Shown here piece by piece: positions 1-10,111 of a stretch of DNA of 64,000 nt. The notes under the pieces are model-generated. The model was not told the origin of the DNA. It saw only the letters and a program-made list of their open reading frames with translations, and searched no databases. Each line of letters starts with the position of its first letter. Within the stretch, counting starts at the first letter, position 1. A program made the translations under genes and the position numbers. Origin of the DNA: an uncultured virus (IMG/VR IMGVR_UViG_3300012954_000006) (Duplodnaviria; Heunggongvirae; Uroviricota; Caudoviricetes); the IMG/VR virus record IMGVR_UViG_3300012954_000006. The stretch is one strand, 5' to 3'.

Positions 1-12
1 GTCAATAATGGT

Positions 13-120
13 GTTTGAGGCGTTAGCAAAAATGCAACGGCACTCAAACTAGCGTAAGCAAGCATTTCAAGACTTTCAGTCGCCAAAGTAACCTACCTAC
101 TTCTAGTAGGTAGTATTTAA
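13..120 (+). mobile_element. Probable right end / omegaRNA-like region of an IS200/IS605-family element (body upstream of window)
   Basis: Hairpins GTTTGAG..CTCAAAC (13-49), GACT-TTC-AGTC (71-81) and CTACCTAC-TTCTA-GTAGGTAG (93-113), then TATTTAA. This resembles subterminal hairpins of IS200/IS605 right ends (recalled pattern). Confidence 0.45.
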
Positions 121-129
121 GTTTTACAG

Positions 130-1371
130 TTATGCACATGGGTCTATTATTGCAGGGTAAAAGTCAAAAGTAATGTTTTCTATCAAAGCATCTGTACTAT
201 CTTTATCTCCTAAGCATATTAAGTTAAAAGGCTCGCTTAAACCCTTTGCATTCAACGTGAAATCAAATGCCTCAAATTCATCAAATCCATCAATGCCGAG
301 TTTTTGCTCTACTATTTTATGTAACTTTAAACCTCCACCAATGCCGATAATTTTATATTTTTCACTATCATCGTCATTAAGTATCACTACAACATCATTG
401 CCTATTATACTTTTTAGCACATTTAGGCTGCTCCCATATATCATGGCATCTTTGCAACTGATTTTACAGTCAGTTGTTGTTGCTACTATATTCAAATTAT
501 TTTCAGCAATGCCAATTTCGTAAAACAAATTATCTGTACTACCATCAACATTAGTAGGGTCTAGGTCTGGATTATTCATTATGATGTCCGTAATAAATTC
601 TTTGCCATCCTTGCCTGTTTGATAAACATAGTCAGTAATAGCATCTAAATCTGCAATCTTAAAAACTACATCGTTTGATTTTGCATTACTTGCCTCCGCA
701 AATATCCATTCAAACTTTTCAATATCCTCAACATCAAATTTACTAGGGCGAAAATCAAATACCTTAGAATTGTCATATGTAAACGCATCTAGTGTTACTT
801 CGCTTTTGTTACCTATAATACGCGTTACTTCGCTATGATTATCATTCAATAGTAATACAATAGGCTTTTGTAATAAATCTCCTACTTTTGCTCTTGTTGT
901 TAAATCCATATCTTCAAAATCGCACATAAGACGTAATCCTTTGTGATTTTGAACTTTATGCAAAATGTATTTTTTTACTCCCAAGTTTATTATGTCGCCT
1001 TCTACATGCCAAATATCGCCACTCTTTTTTCTTTTTATTACTATACTGTCTTTTGGCATGATTAGCACTTTACCATCATAATTAAAGTGCGGTTCGTGTA
1101 AAAAATTAAAAGGACATCTTTTGGCATTAGCTGTGCCGTAACACCGCCCCGCTACCATGCATCCTGTTGGAGTAATGTATGTTTTATTGCGATTCCTTTT
1201 TGTGTACTCGCCATAAGTGTTTTTGCTGACATAACTTGTTGGAACAAATGTTGATTTCCTTTTTTTTGTACTACCTATATTTTTGTTAGAGTAACAAAAT
1301 GTTTCTAAAATCCAAAGATAGCAGACAATTATGATTACCACTGCTAAGACATTTGCTAAATAATAAGCCAT
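130..1371 (-). CDS. Membrane-anchored paralogue of the tail-tube-like protein (one clear and one degenerate tube-like domain)
   Basis: N-terminal hydrophobic helix. The C-terminal ~180 aa align with ORF 10945-11604 (YVYQT..GxEFITDIIMNNPDLDPTNxxG; IxGIGGGL; IExITFDxxxAxIDPC). Confidence 0.8.
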   Translation of the reverse strand: MAYYLANVLAVVIIIVCYLWILETFCYSNKNIGSTKKRKSTFVPTSYVSKNTYGEYTKRNRNKTYITPTGCMVAGRCYGTANAKRCPFNFLHEPHFNYDGKVLIMPKDSIVIKRKKSGDIWHVEGDIINLGVKKYILHKVQNHKGLRLMCDFEDMDLTTRAKVGDLLQKPIVLLLNDNHSEVTRIIGNKSEVTLDAFTYDNSKVFDFRPSKFDVEDIEKFEWIFAEASNAKSNDVVFKIADLDAITDYVYQTGKDGKEFITDIIMNNPDLDPTNVDGSTDNLFYEIGIAENNLNIVATTTDCKISCKDAMIYGSSLNVLKSIIGNDVVVILNDDDSEKYKIIGIGGGLKLHKIVEQKLGIDGFDEFEAFDFTLNAKGLSEPFNLICLGDKDSTDALIENITFDFYPAIIDPCA

Positions 1372-1449
1372 TTTCTTTTTTTATTAAGTAATTGTTAATA
1401 TGTATATGTAGTGATTGTTGTTCATTATTTAATGTAAGTCGTTAATGTC

Positions 1450-1710
1450 GTTTTTAAAAAACAGTCTCGAAGTTACTTGGTTTACTTTTGGTTACAGGTA
1501 ATATAGGTGTTGAATCAAAAAAGGCTACATTTTCTAACCCTATAAGTATTTGTGTTTTTAGAAAATTATTTTTTTTGTCTTCACAGACTATTTCAACATC
1601 ATATCTGTGCTTAGTCCTGTAATTCTACTGTTTTCCAATAAAGGTCTCATAGTTTCCCAATCATTATTTTCTATGGATTCTGTAATTACCTGTTTGTCTT
1701 TCGTATTCAT
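1450..1710 (-). pseudogene. Disrupted small hypothetical gene
   Basis: ATG at 1710 (MNTKDKQVITESIENNDWE...) follows the upstream gene. Coding-like sequence continues only across frame changes and stops. Confidence 0.35.
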
Positions 1711-1720
1711 AAGTAAGTTT

Positions 1721-2413
1721 TTAGTTAAACATAAAATTAGCTATACCCTTGTAGGTAATTGATTTTCCTATACTATCTATATAACCATATACCTTATCCT
1801 GATATTCTATCATTCCAAGCATTCTATGTGAAATGTTTTTATCGTAGTCATCTTTCAACCTTAGCGTATTGTAGTTGTGTAAAAGGTATTCTAGGTTAAT
1901 ATTATCATTAAAACAATGCCACTCTAACACGTTTACAGTAGGATATTTTGAAATCTGTTGAAATCTTATTTTTTCATTTTTAAGTATTGTGGCAATAATA
2001 TTAAGATTACCGACTACCTTGCAAACGAACAAATTACCAACTTTTTTTGATTTATCGTACTGTATTACTACTATGTCTCCCATTTCACACAAGAGTTGCC
2101 AAAAAGACAGTGACGCAAAACTATCATTTATTATTAAGTCATTCTCAAAAACATCAAGTAAGTCATTATGTTTGCTGTCAATGGTTAAACATAGTTGCTT
2201 TTCGTTGAATTTTATAAACTTGGAGTTTTCTTTAATGGTAATATTTTTGATAACTTCACAGCCATCTATTTCTTGATATTCAACATTTAAAATATTGCTA
2301 TTTGCTGTAAAGTAGTAATCTATTTCCTTTTCAATAGGTATTGCATTTGGTTTGTTGTCAATAGCAATGTCGCAACTAGACTTTAAGGTTTTTTGTCCTA
2401 TTGTTATTTTCAT
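1721..2413 (-). CDS. Hypothetical protein
   Basis: 230-aa ORF with own TAnnTTTG promoter at 2445-2452. Confidence 0.7.
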   Translation of the reverse strand: MKITIGQKTLKSSCDIAIDNKPNAIPIEKEIDYYFTANSNILNVEYQEIDGCEVIKNITIKENSKFIKFNEKQLCLTIDSKHNDLLDVFENDLIINDSFASLSFWQLLCEMGDIVVIQYDKSKKVGNLFVCKVVGNLNIIATILKNEKIRFQQISKYPTVNVLEWHCFNDNINLEYLLHNYNTLRLKDDYDKNISHRMLGMIEYQDKVYGYIDSIGKSITYKGIANFMFN

Positions 2414-2444
2414 ATTTTACAGTTTAAGTATTTAAAATACACCG

Positions 2445-2452
2445 CAAATATA
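2445..2452 (-). promoter_or_regulatory. Bacteroidota -7 promoter box (TATATTTG)
   Basis: Matches TAnnTTTG about 30 nt upstream of ATG 2413. Confidence 0.75.
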
Positions 2453-2469
2453 ACTAAAATATCTCACAT

Positions 2470-2504
2470 AAAAAAGCACTACACAATTCAATGCAGTAGT
2501 GCTT
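2470..2504 (-). terminator. Intrinsic terminator
   Basis: AAGCACTAC..GTAGTGCTT stem with U-tract on minus strand. Confidence 0.7.
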
Positions 2505-2548
2505 AAAAAGTAGTTATAGCTTGTTGTTTGTCTTATTTATCAATCTAT

Positions 2549-3163
2549 CTATGAAGCAGTTGGAGGAGTTACATAATTTTCAACAAAGCTTTGCCAGTTA
2601 CCGTCTTGGTCTTGGCATCTATAAATACCTTTTTTAGCATCAATAACTTCGTAATCCGCAAGAATATCAGATACGATATTACCATTTATACAAAGTACAT
2701 AAGCACCGCCTACCCTTTGATACGCATAAGAATTTTCGTTAAATATTTCAACATCACTAGCTTTATCTGTTATTAAAACTCCGTTCATATAAAATTCATA
2801 CGACGACAGCAAGTTCTCTTTAAAGGCATAGCAATTATGATTGTATGCAACAACATCATGTTGATATGCCTTAACTAACTTATTGTTTACGAATAGCGAG
2901 TAGCGATAAGTTAGTCTATCTTTTAAGTAAAAGGTAAGTGTATCTGCGTCAACCATAGTAATTTTAGAAGACTTAAAATCGGTATGCACAAAAGCACCGT
3001 TATGCACAATATTTAAAGTAACATAAGGCGTACGAAAGTTTTCATCCCTTCTCCTGTAAACATAAAAGTTTTCAGTAAATGCTTTTGGCTTTACCCTTTC
3101 TATTTCAGTCGCTTGCTCATAGGTTAGCACGCTATTACTTATATATAAATCCATTGTGTCCAT
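2549..3163 (-). CDS. Hypothetical protein with short beta-rich repeats
   Basis: 204-aa ORF; repeated Y-x-L/F-x-x-N-G/N units; promoter at 3191-3198. Confidence 0.7.
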   Translation of the reverse strand: MDTMDLYISNSVLTYEQATEIERVKPKAFTENFYVYRRRDENFRTPYVTLNIVHNGAFVHTDFKSSKITMVDADTLTFYLKDRLTYRYSLFVNNKLVKAYQHDVVAYNHNCYAFKENLLSSYEFYMNGVLITDKASDVEIFNENSYAYQRVGGAYVLCINGNIVSDILADYEVIDAKKGIYRCQDQDGNWQSFVENYVTPPTAS

Positions 3164-3190
3164 TGTAATATCATTTAAGTTAAGCTACTG

Positions 3191-3198
3191 CAAATATA
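3191..3198 (-). promoter_or_regulatory. Bacteroidota -7 promoter box (TATATTTG)
   Basis: TAnnTTTG about 27 nt upstream of ATG 3163. Confidence 0.75.
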
Positions 3199-3215
3199 AT
3201 ACATTTTTTTCAAAT

Positions 3216-3255
3216 AAAAAAGCACCGCTATAAATCAATGTAGCGGTGCTTTTTT
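3216..3255 (-). terminator. Intrinsic terminator ending the virion operon (bidirectional-looking)
   Basis: AAAAAAGCACCGCTA-N10-TAGCGGTGCTTTTTT. Confidence 0.8.
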
Positions 3256-3312
3256 ATTTGTTTATACCTTTAAGGTAATTCTGTATTACAACGTTCTATG
3301 TTTTCATGTTTT

Positions 3313-6300
3313 TTATCGTATGATTGAAATTCTAGCCCGTGCATTAGAACTAGAACCTACAATAATTACATCGTTTTGTAATAGGTGACAGGCATTATTT
3401 TTGGTAATTGGAGTAGTAGGCATTCCTTGTTGCCAGTCATAAGGAGAAGGAACACCTGCTTCGCTTACATTAATACTTCCTCTATCTACCATAATACTGT
3501 AAAAGCAAAATGTATCTCCTGTCAAAGTAACGGTATTGGTGCCGTCAATATAAAAAGTTTGATTATCTCCCACACATTCGCACTCATCGCTAACCGTGCT
3601 GTTTTCTGTTACAGTACCACACAATCCTAGACCGGGTAATGGAGGAATGCTATATGATAAGCCTGTATTGATATTAAAATAATCTTTTGTACCATCTTCA
3701 AACACCCTTACAGTAAAAGGTGTGTTGCCTTCATATATTTTGTTGTCAAGCACTAAAGGAGATAGTAGTTGCCCTGCTGCTATGCTAGGGTCTATCTGCC
3801 ACTTGCAAATTAAATAACTTAATGTTTTAGAATTTTCTTTATCCGTCAACGGTTGTGAAATAAACATTTCCCCCATTTTGCCTTCCAAAAAAGCGTTCCC
3901 TGCTCTATTGCCAAATAGTCTAAAATATTCTCCATCAAGCTGTATAGTAGGTGTATTGACGGTAACTGTAAATCGCAATGTACCATCTAGATATCCACTC
4001 AACTGCATTCCATCGAACACCACAGACACCATGTGCGGTAAGCCATCATTAATATCTGTCCAACTGCCAAATGCTGCCTCTGCTCCCCCACAACTAGGAC
4101 ATGGTATGTTTTCTATGTCTTTACTGGCAAACGGCTGGTCAGCACGAAAAACAAAGGCATTATTTAATCCATCTCTACTGATTTGCCATGTATTGTTTCC
4201 TAGATTGCTTCCTACCGAACCTGTTGAAAGTCCAGATAAAATAGCAGCATTTCCTGTTGTAGCATCAGTAGTGCTAAATACAAAATACAAGTTAAAAGGA
4301 CTACCTGCTCCTACCGCCCCTAAGTCAGCGGCTAACCTATCATCAACACCATCAAAAACTAGTGCATTTACGCCGTTGAGAGATTCGGTAATAAAAGTAG
4401 GAGCGTCATTAGTAGGTAATGGAACGGTAAAGTCAATACCACCGCCACCATTATCTAGCAAAGTATAAACTTGCTCGCCTGAAATGCCCTCAATAGGATT
4501 GTTTAGGATGTCTAGCATTAACGTGGATTCGGCTGCATTTGCCCATGTAGTAGATTTATCTGCTATCTCCGTGTTGTTAGTGGCTAAATCGTCATTACAG
4601 CAAATTTCAATACTTTCTAACACAGGAACTTGTCCATTACCGCAAGCACCGGGATAGGGGCCTCTTATTGATATATCAAACTCGTTAATGGTAAGTTCAA
4701 ATTTCTCGCCCATATTACTAAGTATATCTGTTCTTAGTACCCTATCCAAAAAGTATCTATCTTGAATGTAATCATAATATTGTACCAACTCTACAGGAAT
4801 GCAGTTACAGCCTGTGTAAGCCACAAATTCAAAGCTTCCAAAACTTGTTATCTCACTTATTAGCGTAGCACCGCTTATCGTCAGTATAGCACCTTCTAAT
4901 GTTGCATCTTTAGGGTTGAAAGTGATAATATTATAGTTACCATTAGTAATGGTAATAGCAGTAACAGACTCTCCTAATCTTTCTTGAGCGTTTTGCACTT
5001 CTTTAGCTCTTATAATATCTTTGTAAATACTTTGAGCAAAATTAATATTGGTAAAAGATATGGTGTTACCATTAAAACTAACATCATCAGAAAAAGCAAA
5101 AACAAATCTGGTTGTATCACATTCATCTATATATCCATCTTGGATAAACAAATCAAAAGGACAGCGTATTCTATCAAAAGCAGGATAGTGATTGCCTGAT
5201 TCATCAACAGCAATACTGTCACTTAAAACACCGCTTTCATAAAATAGTCGTATCTCTCCGCTTAAAGTATCTAAAGGGATGCCTGCTATAAAACATATAT
5301 TAGAATGTATCTCCACGTCAAAAGGGGGAGTCTCGCATTTGGATAAGTCATCAATATTTCCAGTAGGCAGTCCTGCTACACCGTTAATATCGACATAATA
5401 AACAACACTCGTACCATTCAAGGTGGTCTGAAAAACACTCCATTGCACTCCATTATCATCAACGATACACCCTAAATCTATTACTTCAGGTGTTGTAGGG
5501 CATACACCTGTTGCTAATGGGCTAGCAATAGGTTCTAAAGATGAACCTATCAAAACAGCAATAGAAAAGCGTTGTGTATTATCATCACAATCCATTACCA
5601 TACTTAGCAATAGTTCTTGTCCCGCAACAATATTTGCTGTACCACCGTTTTCCAAATCAACAACTTCTGTATTGGAAGCACATATTACATTGCTTACTAC
5701 TTTGTCTTCACACTGATTAGCTACTAATATCTGCAATTGTTCTAATATAGCATCACTATTACATTCTTTGGTGGCTAACGCATACCGCTCTTCTAGGCAA
5801 CTTGTATTAGGTAACACTTCTATCTGTGGATTGAGTGATACAAACCATATACTTGAAGGACTATTTCCACTTACTACTGTTACATTTTCCCCATTGCAGT
5901 CAAAGGTGCTGCCTAAAGGGTTATCGGAGTTTAATATATCTACTAAGTCTTGACATGTCCAATTGTCGTTACATATTGTAAGAAAAGCAGCGTTATTATT
6001 ATCAAAATTAACTTTGGTACATGTGCGAGGTACTGCACTAATGTCAAAACCATTATTACAGTCTCCACATCCAAGTATTAAACTGTCTAATGCTGTTATG
6101 CTAACACGCTGAATACCTTGTAGGGTATCATTCATACACTCAAACAGACTTGTGTTTAATGTATATGGTTCAATCTGACCTGTGACTTCGTTTAAAGTAA
6201 TGCGTCCTTTTTCGTTTCCATTTTCATCAACTAACACCTGTAATTTGATAGTATCAACACCATCAAATGTGCAATATGTTTCTGTTAGCTCCGTATCTAT

Positions 6301-6588
6301 TTCACTATGGTCACTTGTGTCACTATCGCAACTTCTTACGTCTCCTGTCGGTGAGTAGCTTATTAGGATTCCATTTTGAGACAACAAGGTATCTATTTTA
6401 TAGTCTCCAAACTTACCTTTATTAATGACAACCAACAAAGTATTAGTATCAGTAGGTGTATATTCACAATAAGTTAGCCATGTTGAGTTTTTTTGCAAAA
6501 ACGCACTATTAGAACTTGCAAATTGTGCATGTAAGTTAAAAGATAAAAATAGTGCAATTAAAGATATTAATATTTTATTTATTCTCAT
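3313..6588 (-). CDS. Large Cys-rich fibre/adhesin-like protein with LamG/ConA-like domain and Sec signal peptide
   Basis: N-term MRINKILISLIALFLSFNLHA|QF; LamG-like segment LNGVNALVFDGVDDRL...YLDG...FLEGKMGEM; last gene of virion operon. Confidence 0.7.
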   Translation of the reverse strand: MRINKILISLIALFLSFNLHAQFASSNSAFLQKNSTWLTYCEYTPTDTNTLLVVINKGKFGDYKIDTLLSQNGILISYSPTGDVRSCDSDTSDHSEIDTELTETYCTFDGVDTIKLQVLVDENGNEKGRITLNEVTGQIEPYTLNTSLFECMNDTLQGIQRVSITALDSLILGCGDCNNGFDISAVPRTCTKVNFDNNNAAFLTICNDNWTCQDLVDILNSDNPLGSTFDCNGENVTVVSGNSPSSIWFVSLNPQIEVLPNTSCLEERYALATKECNSDAILEQLQILVANQCEDKVVSNVICASNTEVVDLENGGTANIVAGQELLLSMVMDCDDNTQRFSIAVLIGSSLEPIASPLATGVCPTTPEVIDLGCIVDDNGVQWSVFQTTLNGTSVVYYVDINGVAGLPTGNIDDLSKCETPPFDVEIHSNICFIAGIPLDTLSGEIRLFYESGVLSDSIAVDESGNHYPAFDRIRCPFDLFIQDGYIDECDTTRFVFAFSDDVSFNGNTISFTNINFAQSIYKDIIRAKEVQNAQERLGESVTAITITNGNYNIITFNPKDATLEGAILTISGATLISEITSFGSFEFVAYTGCNCIPVELVQYYDYIQDRYFLDRVLRTDILSNMGEKFELTINEFDISIRGPYPGACGNGQVPVLESIEICCNDDLATNNTEIADKSTTWANAAESTLMLDILNNPIEGISGEQVYTLLDNGGGGIDFTVPLPTNDAPTFITESLNGVNALVFDGVDDRLAADLGAVGAGSPFNLYFVFSTTDATTGNAAILSGLSTGSVGSNLGNNTWQISRDGLNNAFVFRADQPFASKDIENIPCPSCGGAEAAFGSWTDINDGLPHMVSVVFDGMQLSGYLDGTLRFTVTVNTPTIQLDGEYFRLFGNRAGNAFLEGKMGEMFISQPLTDKENSKTLSYLICKWQIDPSIAAGQLLSPLVLDNKIYEGNTPFTVRVFEDGTKDYFNINTGLSYSIPPLPGLGLCGTVTENSTVSDECECVGDNQTFYIDGTNTVTLTGDTFCFYSIMVDRGSINVSEAGVPSPYDWQQGMPTTPITKNNACHLLQNDVIIVGSSSNARARISIIR

Positions 6589-6612
6589 TATGCTGTACGG
6601 TTATTTAAAAAT

Positions 6613-6654
6613 AGGCAATTAGCAATAAACAGTTACATCTATTGCCAATTGCCT
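6613..6654 (-). terminator. Intergenic hairpin (terminator or processing site)
   Basis: AGGCAATTAGCAATA..TATTGCCAATTGCCT imperfect stem. Confidence 0.5.
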
Positions 6655-6678
6655 TTATATCGTCATATCAACCTTTGT

Positions 6679-7248
6679 CTAGTCCACAAATGTAGTGCCT
6701 AAGAATTGGTTATCTTCAGGAATAGTAATAGGGTTAGCAACAGCGTCTGCCCAGATTAATGCAGCATCGTCAGATGTGCCATCAGTAGCAGAAGGGTAGT
6801 CAGAACCCGGTTGGAAGTAATCGGTAGGTACTGCATCAAGCCTAATGATTAGACCATCTTTATCATCAGTAGAAGTAAATGCTTGACTTGTTCCACGAGG
6901 CAACACAAAGTAAGATGCTTTTGCAGTAGCAGCAGCACCATCTGCTTTTAAGTTTGCCTTGCAGATTAATCGTACTACAAAGTCCACACAGTCAGAGTAA
7001 TTCGTAATAGTTAAGGCACCAGCTTCGGCAGCAGTACCTGAATTGTCAGTTGGTACAGTATTGAATCCTATACCACTAAATACCGTTGTAGAAGCATCAG
7101 GGTTAGTGATTTCTACTTCGTATGGCGAAATCGCTTGAATGCTTTGCCAAATAGCCACATTAACTTTGTTAAAGTCGCCATTTATCAATTTATTCGTTTG
7201 AGCAGCAATAGCATTACCGCTACTTTGAATTGAATTTATAAAAGCCAT
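6679..7248 (-). CDS. Putative virion protein, paralogue of N-terminal domain of 7295-8620
   Basis: Shares MAFxNxIQSSG, SDCxDFVxRxICKANLKADGA..AKASYFxLPRG and RLDAVP motifs. Confidence 0.75.
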   Translation of the reverse strand: MAFINSIQSSGNAIAAQTNKLINGDFNKVNVAIWQSIQAISPYEVEITNPDASTTVFSGIGFNTVPTDNSGTAAEAGALTITNYSDCVDFVVRLICKANLKADGAAATAKASYFVLPRGTSQAFTSTDDKDGLIIRLDAVPTDYFQPGSDYPSATDGTSDDAALIWADAVANPITIPEDNQFLGTTFVD

Positions 7249-7294
7249 TGAATATAAATTTGGGTTAAGAATGGTTATCGTTTTGCTAATTGAA

Positions 7295-8620
7295 TTAGCT
7301 TATTGTAAATGTCTCTGTTCTTGAATTGGTAGAACCTAAAGTTCCAGTAATAGATAGTGTAACTGTTATACTATCTCCATTAGAATAGCCACTAGGTAAT
7401 GAAGCAGTATAGCATATACCATCATACCCAGTAATAGTGCCAGAAGTAGCACTTTCGCCTGTTGTGTTGTTGATTACGCTATATTCATAAGATGCAAAGT
7501 CTTCAAATGCAGGCTGTACACTTCGTATTCCAGACTGCGAACATACTAACAGATAGTCATAGACACCTGCCACTGTTCCTCCTCTGGCAATAGTCTTGAA
7601 TCCTATTTGTACATTATTCGTGGTAAATCCCCCTATAAGAGCGGGCACAATACTATATGAATTGGTGTCACTTATTTGCTCGCCATTAAAATTAGTAGCG
7701 GTAAAAGCATCATTACCTACTAATCTTGTTTCTAGTCCACATATATCTATTACTTTGTAATAATATACTACCTCGTCAAAAGCATTAGCAGTAAATGTAC
7801 CTGTCGCATTTGCACCGATAGCTATTGTCTCTTCGGGATATATCGTGGTAGTCGTAGTATGGTTGTAAGCTTCCGCTGTAACACTTACAATGTCAGCAAC
7901 ATCATCACTAAATAAATTTGATATATTGAAAAATTGCTTCGTGACAAAGTCGTCTGACAAACCTTGCCCACCGGTTACGACAGGATTAAATAAAGGAAAG
8001 ATGAATCCTGTCGTACATGGTGGAGGAGTACTTCCGCCTGCCGTAGTCGTTTCTGCTCCTACAAAGACAACATCGATAAATTGTGTTTTGTCGGTAATCA
8101 TAATAGGGTTTGTAATAGCATCATCCCATATTTCCCTTGCTGTATCAGAACCACCATCTAAAGCAGACACATAACTAGAACCTTTTCTGAAATACTCAAT
8201 AGGAACTGCGTCTAGCCTACAGATAAATCCTCTACCTCCATTATCAGAAGAGGCAAAAGACACGCTTGCACCTCTAGGTAGTAAGAAGTAACTTGCTTTT
8301 GCAACAGCGTCAGCACCATCTGCTTTTAAATTGGCTTTGCATATTACCCTGATAACGAAATCTTCGCAATCAGACCTATTTGTTATAGATAGTGCATTTG
8401 CAAAAAATGAATTTCCGTCGCATTGCGGGGTTTGATAAAAGCCAGCACCTGCAAAAGTTGTGGTAGAGCCATTAGGGTTGGTTACAATTACTTCAAAATC
8501 TCCAGACTGTATCTGTGTCCACCGTGATTGGTCGATTTTACCGTTTGTGCCATTAATACATCTACCAAGTGCCTTGATAAATGTACCGCCACTACTTTGT
8601 ATGTTATTCGTAAATGCCAT
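7295..8620 (-). CDS. Putative virion protein with C-terminal Ig-like extension
   Basis: Paralogous N-terminal ~190 aa plus Thr/Gly-rich beta extension after a TTTAGGSTPPP linker. Confidence 0.75.
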   Translation of the reverse strand: MAFTNNIQSSGGTFIKALGRCINGTNGKIDQSRWTQIQSGDFEVIVTNPNGSTTTFAGAGFYQTPQCDGNSFFANALSITNRSDCEDFVIRVICKANLKADGADAVAKASYFLLPRGASVSFASSDNGGRGFICRLDAVPIEYFRKGSSYVSALDGGSDTAREIWDDAITNPIMITDKTQFIDVVFVGAETTTAGGSTPPPCTTGFIFPLFNPVVTGGQGLSDDFVTKQFFNISNLFSDDVADIVSVTAEAYNHTTTTTIYPEETIAIGANATGTFTANAFDEVVYYYKVIDICGLETRLVGNDAFTATNFNGEQISDTNSYSIVPALIGGFTTNNVQIGFKTIARGGTVAGVYDYLLVCSQSGIRSVQPAFEDFASYEYSVINNTTGESATSGTITGYDGICYTASLPSGYSNGDSITVTLSITGTLGSTNSRTETFTIS

Positions 8621-8652
8621 GAAGTTAGGTTTTTAATAAGGGGGGTGGTGTA

Positions 8653-9081
8653 TCACAGGTTTAGTGTCATATTCATCGCAGTATCATAAGCTAACCTCTG
8701 GATATACAAAAAGTCAGTATAGTCCCCTGCTAACGTAATACCTTGTGATGTTGCAATGCTTTGTCTTGTTGTTGCATCTGCAATAACATCATAAATTAAT
8801 TTCAGATAATATGACCTCAATATATCAGCTTGTTCTACTGTCAAACCATCACTTGAAATTGAGGTTTCTGTTGCATCATAAAATCCTGTAACAGTAGTCC
8901 CTGCTGGGATGCTACCTAATGCAACGGCTATTGTACCACCGACTACTGCTGATTGATGTGCTAATACAACATCGTTTGGCACATTTCCAATACCAAAGAT
9001 GGTTTTAATAGCAGACAACGAACCAGCGTTATCTAATACTGCTTGAAATACCTTTACAAGTAATTCGCCTTTAAAATTCAT
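8653..9081 (-). CDS. Hypothetical virion-operon protein
   Basis: 142-aa ORF coupled to upstream gene. Confidence 0.65.
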   Translation of the reverse strand: MNFKGELLVKVFQAVLDNAGSLSAIKTIFGIGNVPNDVVLAHQSAVVGGTIAVALGSIPAGTTVTGFYDATETSISSDGLTVEQADILRSYYLKLIYDVIADATTRQSIATSQGITLAGDYTDFLYIQRLAYDTAMNMTLNL

Positions 9082-9758
9082 TATATTATGTTTTGTGTAT
9101 TAATAAAGTGTGTATTGACACATTGTTGTTCGCTGCCTAACACTAAAGGATTGATAGGCATATAACTAGATACATCATAAGTACCTGCCGATGTCGGTCT
9201 TTCTACTATACAATAGGTAACCTCTTGCACTACACCACCTAGTTCATCAAAAGAAAAGGAATTGTGAGTGTCTGGATATAGTAATAATGTTTTATTACCA
9301 CCGCCTGTAAAAGTGAATTTTGCATTTACAGAAAAGCAGCCTTTATTGTGAATGTTTACTCCATTGCTATTGTGATAAGGATTAGCTACTCTCTCGCTTA
9401 TTGAAGAACTATTAAGTATAGTTTCAAACCCACTCAATGCCACTTGTTTCGGAAGATTGTATAAGTCACACTTGCTCAATAGGCTGGCGATATATTCCCA
9501 TGTCTTTAGATGTGGAGGCTTTTCAAAACCTTCACATTGCTCGAAATGATAAATATCGCACTCTTTAAAAGTAAATGTCTGTCCGTCAGCAGTTATTATG
9601 CTAAAACCACCATAATAATCAGGAATAACCTTTGCACCATAAAGGCTTACATCAAGGCATTTGTTGTTTACTAGCCTACAATTTACAATACAGTATGTTG
9701 TTCGCTCTCGAATAGGTGGACATTTATCTTTTGGCATCAGCAGTTTTTCTTTATACAA
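9081..9758 (-). CDS. Cys-rich virion-operon protein (start may be MPKDKCPP)
   Basis: 225-aa ORF in operon. Confidence 0.65.
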   Translation of the reverse strand: MYKEKLLMPKDKCPPIRERTTYCIVNCRLVNNKCLDVSLYGAKVIPDYYGGFSIITADGQTFTFKECDIYHFEQCEGFEKPPHLKTWEYIASLLSKCDLYNLPKQVALSGFETILNSSSISERVANPYHNSNGVNIHNKGCFSVNAKFTFTGGGNKTLLLYPDTHNSFSFDELGGVVQEVTYCIVERPTSAGTYDVSSYMPINPLVLGSEQQCVNTHFINTQNII

Positions 9759-10096
9759 TTAGGTAATATTATTCTTTCTTTCACATATACCATTTGGCAA
9801 TGCAAAACAGATTTATTCTTACCTTTTGTAGAAATTTTGGCAAAGCCAAGCTGGAAAGCGTGAAACTCTCCCTTCTCACAGCCTTCTTGCATCTCAAATA
9901 TAGCATTACAGCCACACTTAGTAGGGTAGTAGCACCCCATGCTGCAATCATTAAAAAAGATTTCATACGCAGTAAGACTTTGGCAATTTTCATCAAACAC
10001 AATCCCTTCTAAGCAGGATATTGGAACGCAAATATTAAAAGTCTTACCTTGTATGATATTCAGCATGAGTATTAAATGTTTTTGGCTGTTATACAA
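9737..10096 (-). CDS. Small very Cys-rich protein (11 Cys)
   Basis: 119-aa ORF in virion operon. Confidence 0.6.
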   Translation of the reverse strand: MYNSQKHLILMLNIIQGKTFNICVPISCLEGIVFDENCQSLTAYEIFFNDCSMGCYYPTKCGCNAIFEMQEGCEKGEFHAFQLGFAKISTKGKNKSVLHCQMVYVKERIILPNCIKKNC

Positions 10097-10111
10097 TAGA
10101 CGCTAATACCA

